Virus record (IMG/VR): IMGVR_UViG_3300047392_000113
Location: 55,152 to 119,151 of that record
DNA length: 64,000 nt
Direction: 5' to 3' (one strand)
Origin: a virus
Taxonomy: Duplodnaviria; Heunggongvirae; Uroviricota; Caudoviricetes
The position numbers and the translations under genes were made by a program. Numbering within the stretch: position 1 is the first letter of the stretch; each line of letters begins with the position of its first letter. This document shows, piece after piece, positions 35,331 to 42,567 of the stretch. A model generated the notes under the pieces. The model did not search any database and was not told where the DNA came from. It saw nothing but the letters and a program-made list of their open reading frames with translations.

Positions 35331-35519
35331 ATGATGAAAATTTTAAGTGAGTTCCAACAAGGGACACGTAACGCTAGAGTTTATAAAACTACTAATGGTG
35401 AGTACGGTGTTGTGGTTTATGATTCACAAGATGATTACAATGGTTTCGATAGCTTCGAATTCTTAGAGCATGCTGAGGATTTCGCAGAAGATTGGGTGAC
35501 AGGAAATGTCTCCATTTGA
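35331..35519 (+). CDS. Small acidic hypothetical protein (62 aa).
   Basis: ORF coupled to neighbours. No motif. Confidence 0.3.
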   Translation: MMKILSEFQQGTRNARVYKTTNGEYGVVVYDSQDDYNGFDSFEFLEHAEDFAEDWVTGNVSI

Positions 35520-35889
35520 TTTCGTCAACGCCATTAACTTTAAAAAGAACATCTTAGCAGAAGACCCTCAAGCAGAAAAGGAGTACGATAAAGGTAAGTG
35601 GATCGTCAATAAAGCGTATAGTTATTTTCCAGATACGATTATGCCAGCCAATGCTATGAATGAGCATTGGTCTATTCCAGCTAAGTGGCAATTTCAGTTT
35701 TTCCTAAATACAATTACCAAAGGTAAGCGTAAGTCTGATTGGATCAAAAAAGAACCAACACCAGAGGCGCTCAAACTCGTAAAAGAATACTTTGGTTACT
35801 CAAGCGAAAAGGCAAAGGAAGCGTTAAGAATTCTCACAGCTGAAGACTTGAAAGTGATTGAAGAAAAATTATTTAAAGGTGGAAAATAA
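35506..35889 (+). CDS. gp62: Clamp loader small subunit gp62-like (by position between gp44 and regA).
   Basis: 127-aa ORF in the T4 gene-62 slot. Short gp62 orthologues exist in divergent T4-like phages. Direct similarity weak. Confidence 0.45.
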   Translation: MSPFDFVNAINFKKNILAEDPQAEKEYDKGKWIVNKAYSYFPDTIMPANAMNEHWSIPAKWQFQFFLNTITKGKRKSDWIKKEPTPEALKLVKEYFGYSSEKAKEALRILTAEDLKVIEEKLFKGGK

Positions 35890-36308
35890 TGTCTGTAGAG
35901 ATGATATACTACGACTGGACACCCGAGTCCATGCTTGAAGTGACACTGCCAGAACCCGACAACTTTTTGAAGGTTCGAGAGACTCTTACTCGCATCGGCA
36001 TCGCATCCAGAAAAGAAAACAAATTGTACCAATCCTGCCATATCTTACATAAGCAGGGTAGGTATTTCATCGTCCATTTCAAAGAACTCTTTGCATTGGA
36101 TGGTAAAGAATCGAATATCACTAGCGGTGATATCGAGAGACGAAACGCTATTGCTAGTCTGTTGGCTGATTGGGATCTATTAAAGATTCTAAATACTCAG
36201 CAGGCAGAACAAAAAGCGTCTCTGTCTCAAATTAAGGTGGTCTCTTATAAAGAGAAAGACCAATGGGAATTAGTGCCAAAATATAATATTGGGAAAAAAG
36301 CAAAATGA
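35889..36308 (+). CDS. regA: Translational repressor RegA.
   Basis: FLKVRETLTRIGIASRKENKLYQSCHILHKQGRYFIVHFKELF...WELVPKYNIG aligns closely with T4 RegA (FLKVKETLTRMGIANNKDKVLYQSCHILQKKGLYYIVHFKEML...WKLVPKYTIG). Confidence 0.9.
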   Translation: MSVEMIYYDWTPESMLEVTLPEPDNFLKVRETLTRIGIASRKENKLYQSCHILHKQGRYFIVHFKELFALDGKESNITSGDIERRNAIASLLADWDLLKILNTQQAEQKASLSQIKVVSYKEKDQWELVPKYNIGKKAK

Positions 36309-36481
36309 TTAAACTTGATTTGACAATTGAAGAAGTAAATACTATTCTACGCTCTTTGGGTAAGCACCCTTTTGACGAGATCGCAAACTTAATCGTTAAG
36401 ATTAAACAGCAAGGTGAACCACAGGTTGAAGAAATCGTTCGCCAAGCTGAAGCAGCAAAAGCTGAAGCACCAGCTGCATAA
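36305..36481 (+). CDS. Small hypothetical protein (58 aa).
   Basis: ATGA overlap with the regA stop. Ala/Glu-rich C-terminus. Below the track size cut-off. Confidence 0.3.
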   Translation: MIKLDLTIEEVNTILRSLGKHPFDEIANLIVKIKQQGEPQVEEIVRQAEAAKAEAPAA

Positions 36482-36482
36482 A

Positions 36483-36705
36483 TAAATTTGCATCCCTCGG
36501 GATGGGAACCAGCATACCTGCGAAGGCTGGATAAATGTCCACAGGTGCCGAATTTAAGAACCCACCTTAGGGCACGTTAGTCGTCACGGTAACAGGCGTC
36601 CGAGCAATTGCACTGACACTCGTAGTTGTCGCTGGATAAAGTAACCAGCATGTTATGCCTTCGGGGTAACTACAATTTAATTAACTCGCTTAATAGGAGA
36701 AAACT
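36483..36705 (+). ncRNA. Candidate structured non-coding RNA / leader upstream of hsp20. GC-rich island with multiple tetraloop hairpins.
   Basis: Largest non-coding gap in the window. ~50% GC vs ~38% genome. Hairpins CATCCC-tc-GGGATG, CCAG..CCT-GCGA-AGG..CTGG (GNRA loop), GTGCC...GGCAC, CC-TTCG-GG (UUCG loop). Repeated AACCAGCAT. Confidence 0.35.
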
Positions 36706-37215
36706 ATGATTACTAAATCATTCGTACCCGCATTCTTTTCACAAGATGCATTCAAAGACATCGATAAACTATTTCTAGGATTCGATGACCAATTCAAGCA
36801 AATGCAACAACTGCATGATGACTTGACAAAAAACATTCCAAACTATCCTCCATTTAATGTCCGTAAGAACGGTAACACTTACACAATCGAATTAGCTGTT
36901 GCTGGTTTCGCACAAAACGAAATCGACATCACTATCGATGGTGGTAAGCTAATCGTCAAGGGCAACTCTGAGTCTACTGAACCAGAGGATAACTTTGTAT
37001 TCAAAGGTATCGCTAACCGTGCATTCACTCGTGCATGGGCTATCGGCGATACTTATGAAGTCAAAGATGCTGAGTTGTTCAACGGTATCTTGAAAATTGC
37101 GCTTGATAAGCTAGTTCCAGAAGAACAAAAAGCTAAGAAAGTTCCAGTAAAAACTAAAGGAAGCAAGCAATTTTTACAGGAGGATGGTTATGACAAAGCT
37201 GCTGAAAGCCTGTAA
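36706..37215 (+). CDS. Small heat-shock protein (Hsp20/alpha-crystallin family).
   Basis: Alpha-crystallin domain features (PPFNVRKNGNTYTIELAVAGF...IDITIDGGKLIVKG...GILKIAL). 169 aa. Confidence 0.8.
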   Translation: MITKSFVPAFFSQDAFKDIDKLFLGFDDQFKQMQQLHDDLTKNIPNYPPFNVRKNGNTYTIELAVAGFAQNEIDITIDGGKLIVKGNSESTEPEDNFVFKGIANRAFTRAWAIGDTYEVKDAELFNGILKIALDKLVPEEQKAKKVPVKTKGSKQFLQEDGYDKAAESL

Positions 37216-37518
37216 AGAAATCGTACTTGGAATTGCTGATGGCATTAATCAGTTTAAAACTTACAAGCAAGGTAAAGTAAAATGATGAACTTGCTCAAAA
37301 GACTGTCCAAGTTATTTGAGCAAAAATCCCAACTTGAGTTGTATATACTTTCTAAGAATCCACAATCTGCCGCAGATGTAGAGCACTGGTCTAGAAATTA
37401 TTCTCAAAGAAGGGGTTATACATTATGAACAACTGGATTCCAATGACTGATGACGACTGGGATTGGGTGAACGGTAAAGTTCCACCAAACCCAAATGATA
37501 AAACAAAGTGAGGAAATC

Positions 37519-37968
37519 ATGTCACTAACATTAAAAAATATTGAGAGTGCTTTAGCTGGTGAGTCTATGGCTCACATCAAGTATCGTTACTTCGCTAAGA
37601 TCGCACGTGAAGAAGGTTTCGAGGAAGTTGCTCAACACTTTGAGCATACAGCTGACCAAGAAATCAAGCACGCATGGGGTCATCTAGAATTGCTAATCGG
37701 CAAGCCATCCACTAAGGAATGCTTGGAGAAAGCGATCGAAGGTGAGACTTATGAGTATACAGAAATGTATCCGCAGTTTGAAAATACTGCAAAGGCAGAA
37801 CAAAACATTGAAGCTGTTAAAGAATTCAATGAGCAGGGTCGTGAATCAAACGAACACGCTCAACAATTCAAAGCAGTACTTGCAAAAGCAGAAAAGCGTT
37901 TCGCAGCTTTGAAGAAAGTTGAAGAGCGCCATGCTAATGCATACAAACAAGTTTTGGGAGGTCTATAA
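37519..37968 (+). CDS. Rubrerythrin-like ferritin-type diiron domain protein (lacks the fused rubredoxin-like domain).
   Basis: Paired diiron motifs E..H: ALAGESMAHIKYRYFAKIAREEGFEEVAQHFEHTADQEIKHAWGH and a second EGETYEYTEMYPQF...E half. Immediately followed by a separate rubredoxin gene. Confidence 0.75.
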   Translation: MSLTLKNIESALAGESMAHIKYRYFAKIAREEGFEEVAQHFEHTADQEIKHAWGHLELLIGKPSTKECLEKAIEGETYEYTEMYPQFENTAKAEQNIEAVKEFNEQGRESNEHAQQFKAVLAKAEKRFAALKKVEERHANAYKQVLGGL

Positions 37969-38096
37969 TGGAACACGTATGTGTAGTTTGTGGTCACATC
38001 CACGATGAGGAAACTGAAGGTAAGTGGGAAGATCTTCCAGCTGACTTTCTCTGTCCAGAGTGTGGTGTAGGTAAAGACGAATACGAAAGTATTTAA
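37968..38096 (+). CDS. Rubredoxin (42 aa).
   Basis: MEHVCVVCGHIHDEE...W.DLP.DF.CPECGVGKDEYE has both CxxCG and CPxCG knuckles and the conserved W. TAATG coupling to the rubrerythrin gene. Not in the ORF track because it is under 60 aa. Confidence 0.8.
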   Translation: MEHVCVVCGHIHDEETEGKWEDLPADFLCPECGVGKDEYESI

Positions 38097-38140
38097 TCGT
38101 CATACAATTTTAGGGGTCTTAGGATCCCTAAATAATTTGT

Positions 38141-38344
38141 ATGATGAGAGCAAGACTATCCCCCAATCTAATTTCATTCGTCTTAGTGCGAAGAGGGGAA
38201 TGGCATCTCAAGGTATCTGTTTACAAAAACAAATACATAATGGTTGCAGCACATCACACGATAGACTTTGATAAGTTTATCATCAAGTTCTTTGAAGACC
38301 AAAATGTTGCTGCAGATTTTATCGAAAGATTAGTTGAGGAATAG
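38141..38344 (+). CDS. Hypothetical small protein.
   Basis: 67-aa ORF. No motif. Confidence 0.3.
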   Translation: MMRARLSPNLISFVLVRRGEWHLKVSVYKNKYIMVAAHHTIDFDKFIIKFFEDQNVAADFIERLVEE

Positions 38345-38636
38345 TATGATTAAAGTGTTTAAGTTGATTAATGGTGAAGAAGTTATTAGCGAAGTTACAT
38401 CTGACTCACAAGCTGGGTATTTCTTAGAGAGTCCAGCATCAATTCAATTACAACAAACTGCTCAGGGTGTTGGTGTAGGTATTGCTCCGTATATGCCTTA
38501 CGCTAAAGATAAGATTTATCTTTTCAAGCATGCAATTGCCAGTGAAGCTAATGCTGATGAAAAGATGGAAAACGAATATCGCAGAGTTTTCGGCTCTGGT
38601 ATTCAGGTAGTCTCCGCTGGCTCCATCAAACTGTAA
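38334..38636 (+). CDS. Hypothetical protein (100 aa).
   Basis: ORF with overlapping start. No confident family. Confidence 0.35.
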   Translation: MRNSMIKVFKLINGEEVISEVTSDSQAGYFLESPASIQLQQTAQGVGVGIAPYMPYAKDKIYLFKHAIASEANADEKMENEYRRVFGSGIQVVSAGSIKL

Positions 38637-38642
38637 TCCAAA

Positions 38643-38766
38643 AGTATTACTTTTTAGGCTCCCTCTTGGGGGCTTTTTTCATTGTAAAATCAACAACTTA
38701 CAATCCCCTCAACCCTGTAGGGTTACTCCAGAAAGGTGTTGACTTTTTTGCAGATTAGGGTATAAT
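38643..38766 (+). promoter_or_regulatory. PeSL-like cassette: AGTATTAC, terminator hairpin (38657-38679), inverted 22-nt motif TTGTAAAATCAACAACTTACAA (38682-38703), hairpin AACCC-tgta-GGGTT, promoter TTGACT-16-GGTATAAT.
   Basis: -35 at 38739-44, -10 at 38761-66. The motif is the exact reverse complement of 28581-28601. Confidence 0.6.
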
Positions 38767-38799
38767 ATATCTTATGATGAATTGAAAAGGAGCTTTGTC

Positions 38800-39264
38800 A
38801 TGGGTCTCGATATGTATTTTTCGGCTAAGAAGTATATGAGCAAGTATTTCGACACAGCTGATGTTAAGCGAATTGAACAAGTCAATGACATCTTTGGCGT
38901 CACTGGTATTGAAGACGAAGACTATGGCGCACAAGAAGTGACTTTCCGTGTTGCTTATTGGCGCAAAGCCAATGCCATCCACGAATGGTTTGTTAAGAAT
39001 TGTCAAGATGGTCGAGACGAATGCCAAGAAGCATGGGTTAGCCGTGAGCAGATGCAAGAACTCATTGAGATCTGTAAACAGATTATTGCTGATCCAAAGA
39101 AAGCTGACGACCTTCTCCCAACTGCAAGTGGATTCTTCTTTGGCTCTACTGAATACGATGAGTGGTATATGGGTCAACTTCAGTACACAGCTGAACGAAT
39201 GGAAAAGATCCTAAAAGATCCTGCGTTCGCTAAAGCAGACTTCTACTATCAGTCGAGCTGGTAA
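38800..39264 (+). CDS. Hypothetical protein (154 aa).
   Basis: ATG with AAAGGAG RBS downstream of the PeSL promoter. No motif. Confidence 0.4.
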   Translation: MGLDMYFSAKKYMSKYFDTADVKRIEQVNDIFGVTGIEDEDYGAQEVTFRVAYWRKANAIHEWFVKNCQDGRDECQEAWVSREQMQELIEICKQIIADPKKADDLLPTASGFFFGSTEYDEWYMGQLQYTAERMEKILKDPAFAKADFYYQSSW

Positions 39265-39452
39265 TGAAAGCGTTCCAAGAAACGACTAAAGACTGGGTAG
39301 GAAATGTGAGCAATCACATCTACTACCTGTCTGACGACAAGCGTAAGATGTACGCATTTTATAATGTTGATACTGGTGTCGTGAAGAAATTTAGTAAGCC
39401 ACTTGGTTTTGATCCACGTTACCGCACCTTTAAAGAATTGAAACGCAAATGA
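39264..39452 (+). CDS. Hypothetical small protein.
   Basis: 62-aa coupled ORF. Confidence 0.3.
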   Translation: MKAFQETTKDWVGNVSNHIYYLSDDKRKMYAFYNVDTGVVKKFSKPLGFDPRYRTFKELKRK

Positions 39453-40759
39453 ATATCAATGAGTTTTTCGAGAGTCTATCCAGCAACAACTCACGCAACT
39501 TTAAAATTGAGCAGCTGGAACAACAGCGCAATAATACTCTTTTGAGAGAAGTTGTTCGGTTGGCTCTCGATCCCTTCACACAGTTTTACATTCGGAAAAT
39601 CCCGAAGTACACCCCAAACACTGGTAAAGGTATTGCTCTTAAGTTTGCTCTCGATTCTCTTTATGACTTGTCATCACGCCAAGTGACTGGTAATGCAGGC
39701 ATTGCTCATCTTAAGGGTATGCTCGAAGCATTGAACATCGAAGACGCTAAAGTTATCGAACGCATTATTGCAAAGGATCTAAAATGTGGAGTAGCAATCT
39801 CAACCGCAAACGCAGTGTGGACTGGTTTGGTGAGCGAATATCCCGTGATGTTGTGCAGCCAGTTCGAGCAGAAACTCGTGGACAAGGTAAAGTTCCCAGC
39901 ACTGGTACAAACCAAAATGGATGGAATGCGGTTCAACGCTATCGTCCGCAATGGGGCAGTAGAGTATCGTTCCCGAAACGGTAAAGAGATCCAACTGCTT
40001 GGTAATCTCGATGAAGATTTTATTGCATTGGCTGGCGACATCGACTGTGTGTTTGATGGAGAACTAATTGTCAAAGACAAAGGTATCATTCTCGATCGTC
40101 AGACTGGTAATGGTATTCTCAACAAAGCCAACAAAGGTACAATCTCTGATTTGGAAGCACACAAGGTTCGTGCAACCATCTGGGATGTGATTCCATTTAT
40201 TCAATTTTCTGAAGGACGTTGCGACGTTCCCTATGGAAAGCGATGGGACTCTCTTTGCACGTTGGTGAATAAGAATAAACCCAACAAAGTTTCTACTGTT
40301 CAAAGCTGGGAAGTTGAGAACTACGAAACTGCAAAAGCGTTGTTTGAAGAACTACTGCAACGTGGTGAAGAAGGTATCATCCTCAAAGATAAGTCTGGTG
40401 TCTGGGAGGATAAACGTGCTAAACACCAGATCAAGTTCAAAGGGGAGATGGAGTGTGATCTCGAAATTCTCGCTGTGGAAGAAGGCACTGGCAAGTACGC
40501 TGGAAAACTCGGTGCTGTTGTATGTGGCTCCAGACTCGAAAACGGAAAGCGTCTTACCGTCTCTGTTGGTTCTGGTTTCAACGATGCTCATCGTGATAAT
40601 CTATGGGCTATTCGTGATAGTCTCATTGGTAAAATTGTTGCAGTAAAATACAACATGCGCATTCAAAACAAGCAGGGTGAGGAATCTTTGTTCCTTCCAA
40701 TCTTTGTTGAAGTGCGTAGTGATAAAGATGTTGCAGATTCTATTGGAGACATTAAATGA
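39449..40759 (+). CDS. gp30: ATP-dependent DNA ligase.
   Basis: Nucleotidyltransferase motif I VQTKMDGMR (KxDG), downstream motifs (FDGELIV, EGIILK), and a C-terminal OB region. 436 aa. Confidence 0.8.
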   Translation: MNINEFFESLSSNNSRNFKIEQLEQQRNNTLLREVVRLALDPFTQFYIRKIPKYTPNTGKGIALKFALDSLYDLSSRQVTGNAGIAHLKGMLEALNIEDAKVIERIIAKDLKCGVAISTANAVWTGLVSEYPVMLCSQFEQKLVDKVKFPALVQTKMDGMRFNAIVRNGAVEYRSRNGKEIQLLGNLDEDFIALAGDIDCVFDGELIVKDKGIILDRQTGNGILNKANKGTISDLEAHKVRATIWDVIPFIQFSEGRCDVPYGKRWDSLCTLVNKNKPNKVSTVQSWEVENYETAKALFEELLQRGEEGIILKDKSGVWEDKRAKHQIKFKGEMECDLEILAVEEGTGKYAGKLGAVVCGSRLENGKRLTVSVGSGFNDAHRDNLWAIRDSLIGKIVAVKYNMRIQNKQGEESLFLPIFVEVRSDKDVADSIGDIK

Positions 40760-40980
40760 TTCTTGAAACTCTTGTTAGACAAAAACGTTACTTTGATGTT
40801 AGCAAAAAGGCAGACATCGAATCTGCCAAAGAATTCTTTACTAACCTTAGTTGGGGGCATGACAAGGGTTGTCCTTTTATTCTAGAGTATCCCTATGTTT
40901 CTGTTCCTGATATGATCAAAGATAAGTTGATCCACAAGGTGTTGGGAATTACATTTGACCGAGAACATCATTGGCGATAG
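40756..40980 (+). CDS. Hypothetical small protein.
   Basis: 74-aa coupled ORF. Confidence 0.3.
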   Translation: MILETLVRQKRYFDVSKKADIESAKEFFTNLSWGHDKGCPFILEYPYVSVPDMIKDKLIHKVLGITFDREHHWR

Positions 40981-41001
40981 AATATACCTATTGGAGATAC
41001 T

Positions 41002-41544
41002 ATGAACTACGAAGAATTTGAAAAACATATGGTAGAAAAATATCCTCGCTACTTTGGTGAGGGTAAACAATATGGTGGTTTTGCAATTGGTGAGGGTTGG
41101 TATCCTATCATCGAGTCGCTTATTGGTCAGATTGATCACTACACTAAGTGGAAACGAAATCAACGTTCATATGAATTGAAACGTCAACGTGCCAAGAAGA
41201 AGGGTGTCGATGGTGTATTGAAGTTTATGGTTAAGGCAGGACGTACCCCAAGTGATTGGGATATTGAGAATGCAGAGAATATCATGAACAGCGAACAAAC
41301 CATTCCACCAAAAGTTGATTGGGTTCGTGTTGCACAAATCAAAGAAAAGTTTGGTGGGCTACGTTTCTATTATGATGGTGGCGATGAACATATCTCTGGT
41401 ATGGTAACAATGGCTGAAGTTTGGGCAGGTCGCACATGCGAAACCTGCGGAGAAAAAGGTAAGCAACGAGGTGGTGGGTGGATCCGTACTTTGTGTGACA
41501 CACACGAAGCTGAATATCAAGCAAGGAGAAACAGTGATGAGTAA
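41002..41544 (+). CDS. Hypothetical protein with C-terminal Cys cluster (CETCGEKG...C).
   Basis: 180-aa ORF. CxxC...C motif possibly Zn-binding. Confidence 0.35.
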   Translation: MNYEEFEKHMVEKYPRYFGEGKQYGGFAIGEGWYPIIESLIGQIDHYTKWKRNQRSYELKRQRAKKKGVDGVLKFMVKAGRTPSDWDIENAENIMNSEQTIPPKVDWVRVAQIKEKFGGLRFYYDGGDEHISGMVTMAEVWAGRTCETCGEKGKQRGGGWIRTLCDTHEAEYQARRNSDE

Positions 41545-41857
41545 GTATGTATTAGTCGAGGCTATCTCGCAATTCCGTGAACGCTATGTTATCGAAGTTC
41601 CAGATAACCATGCTGATGTTAATGAAACCCAATTTGGTTGCACAGCTAAGACTTGGGCTGAAGATACTGTAACAATGGAAGAGATGAAAGAGTTTTCTCA
41701 ACTATGGTTGGGTGAAACTATCACTAGCTCTCGTGAACTCACAAAAGAACAAGTTCTTGAATTGTGTGATGAGGATAACAGTTACACTAAAGCGTGGACA
41801 GACGAACAAAAGTTCAATGCGTTCGTTACTGAAATTGGATACAAGAGAGATTATTAA
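41537..41857 (+). CDS. Hypothetical protein (106 aa).
   Basis: ATG after GGAGAAACAGTG RBS. Acidic. Confidence 0.35.
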   Translation: MSKYVLVEAISQFRERYVIEVPDNHADVNETQFGCTAKTWAEDTVTMEEMKEFSQLWLGETITSSRELTKEQVLELCDEDNSYTKAWTDEQKFNAFVTEIGYKRDY

Positions 41858-42429
41858 TGTTTATCTTTGACATAGAGAGTTTAGGTGTCGAATCAAATGC
41901 TGTCGTTTTATCGGCAGCTTTGATTCATTTTGACCCAGAGAAACGACCAACATATCAAGACCTTCTTGATGGTGCGTGTTTTGTTAAGTTTAAAGCCAAG
42001 GAACAGGTAACCAAGTATGGTCGTACCGTGTCTCAATCTACTCTCGAGTGGTGGCAGAATCAACACGAATACGTAAAGAGCGTTTCACTAGATCCATCTA
42101 GCACCGATGTTACAGCAGAGGAAGGTCTTGCTCTGCTGCATAACTATATGAATAAGTTTCCAAACGCAAGGAAACAAACTATGTGGGCACGTGGCTCACT
42201 TGACCAACTTGTAATCGACTCGCTTGCTGTAAAAATTGGAGCAGTAGAGATTACAGACTACGCACAATGGCGTGATGTTCGCACTGCCGTTGATATTATG
42301 TATGGTTCAACTAATGGATATTGTAATGTTGACCATCCACTATTTTTAAGGCATAATGTTATTAAGCATCACCCTGTTCACGATTGTGCATTGGATGCTA
42401 TGATGTTAATGTATGGTAAATCAAACTAA
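41857..42429 (+). CDS. DnaQ-like 3'-5' exonuclease (DexA-like).
   Basis: Exo I motif FIFDIESLG at the N-terminus, and a C-terminal H..D (HHPVHDCALDA) typical of DEDDh exonucleases. Confidence 0.55.
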   Translation: MFIFDIESLGVESNAVVLSAALIHFDPEKRPTYQDLLDGACFVKFKAKEQVTKYGRTVSQSTLEWWQNQHEYVKSVSLDPSSTDVTAEEGLALLHNYMNKFPNARKQTMWARGSLDQLVIDSLAVKIGAVEITDYAQWRDVRTAVDIMYGSTNGYCNVDHPLFLRHNVIKHHPVHDCALDAMMLMYGKSN

Positions 42430-42567
42430 CGAATATGGTGTTCCGTTGCATGCGTGTAACGGATATCGACACGATGAACATTGGTGGGTTTGGGCTAAGT
42501 GGGTTACAGAAAACTATGGACAACTTGGCAGCGATGGCATTAAGGTTTATTACAAGAGAAAAGATTA

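Noticed and set aside
38334-38636. Considered calling the 100-aa ORF a GroES/gp31-like co-chaperonin.
   Set aside because: Only vague compositional resemblance. No mobile-loop or conserved GroES signature could be aligned by eye.
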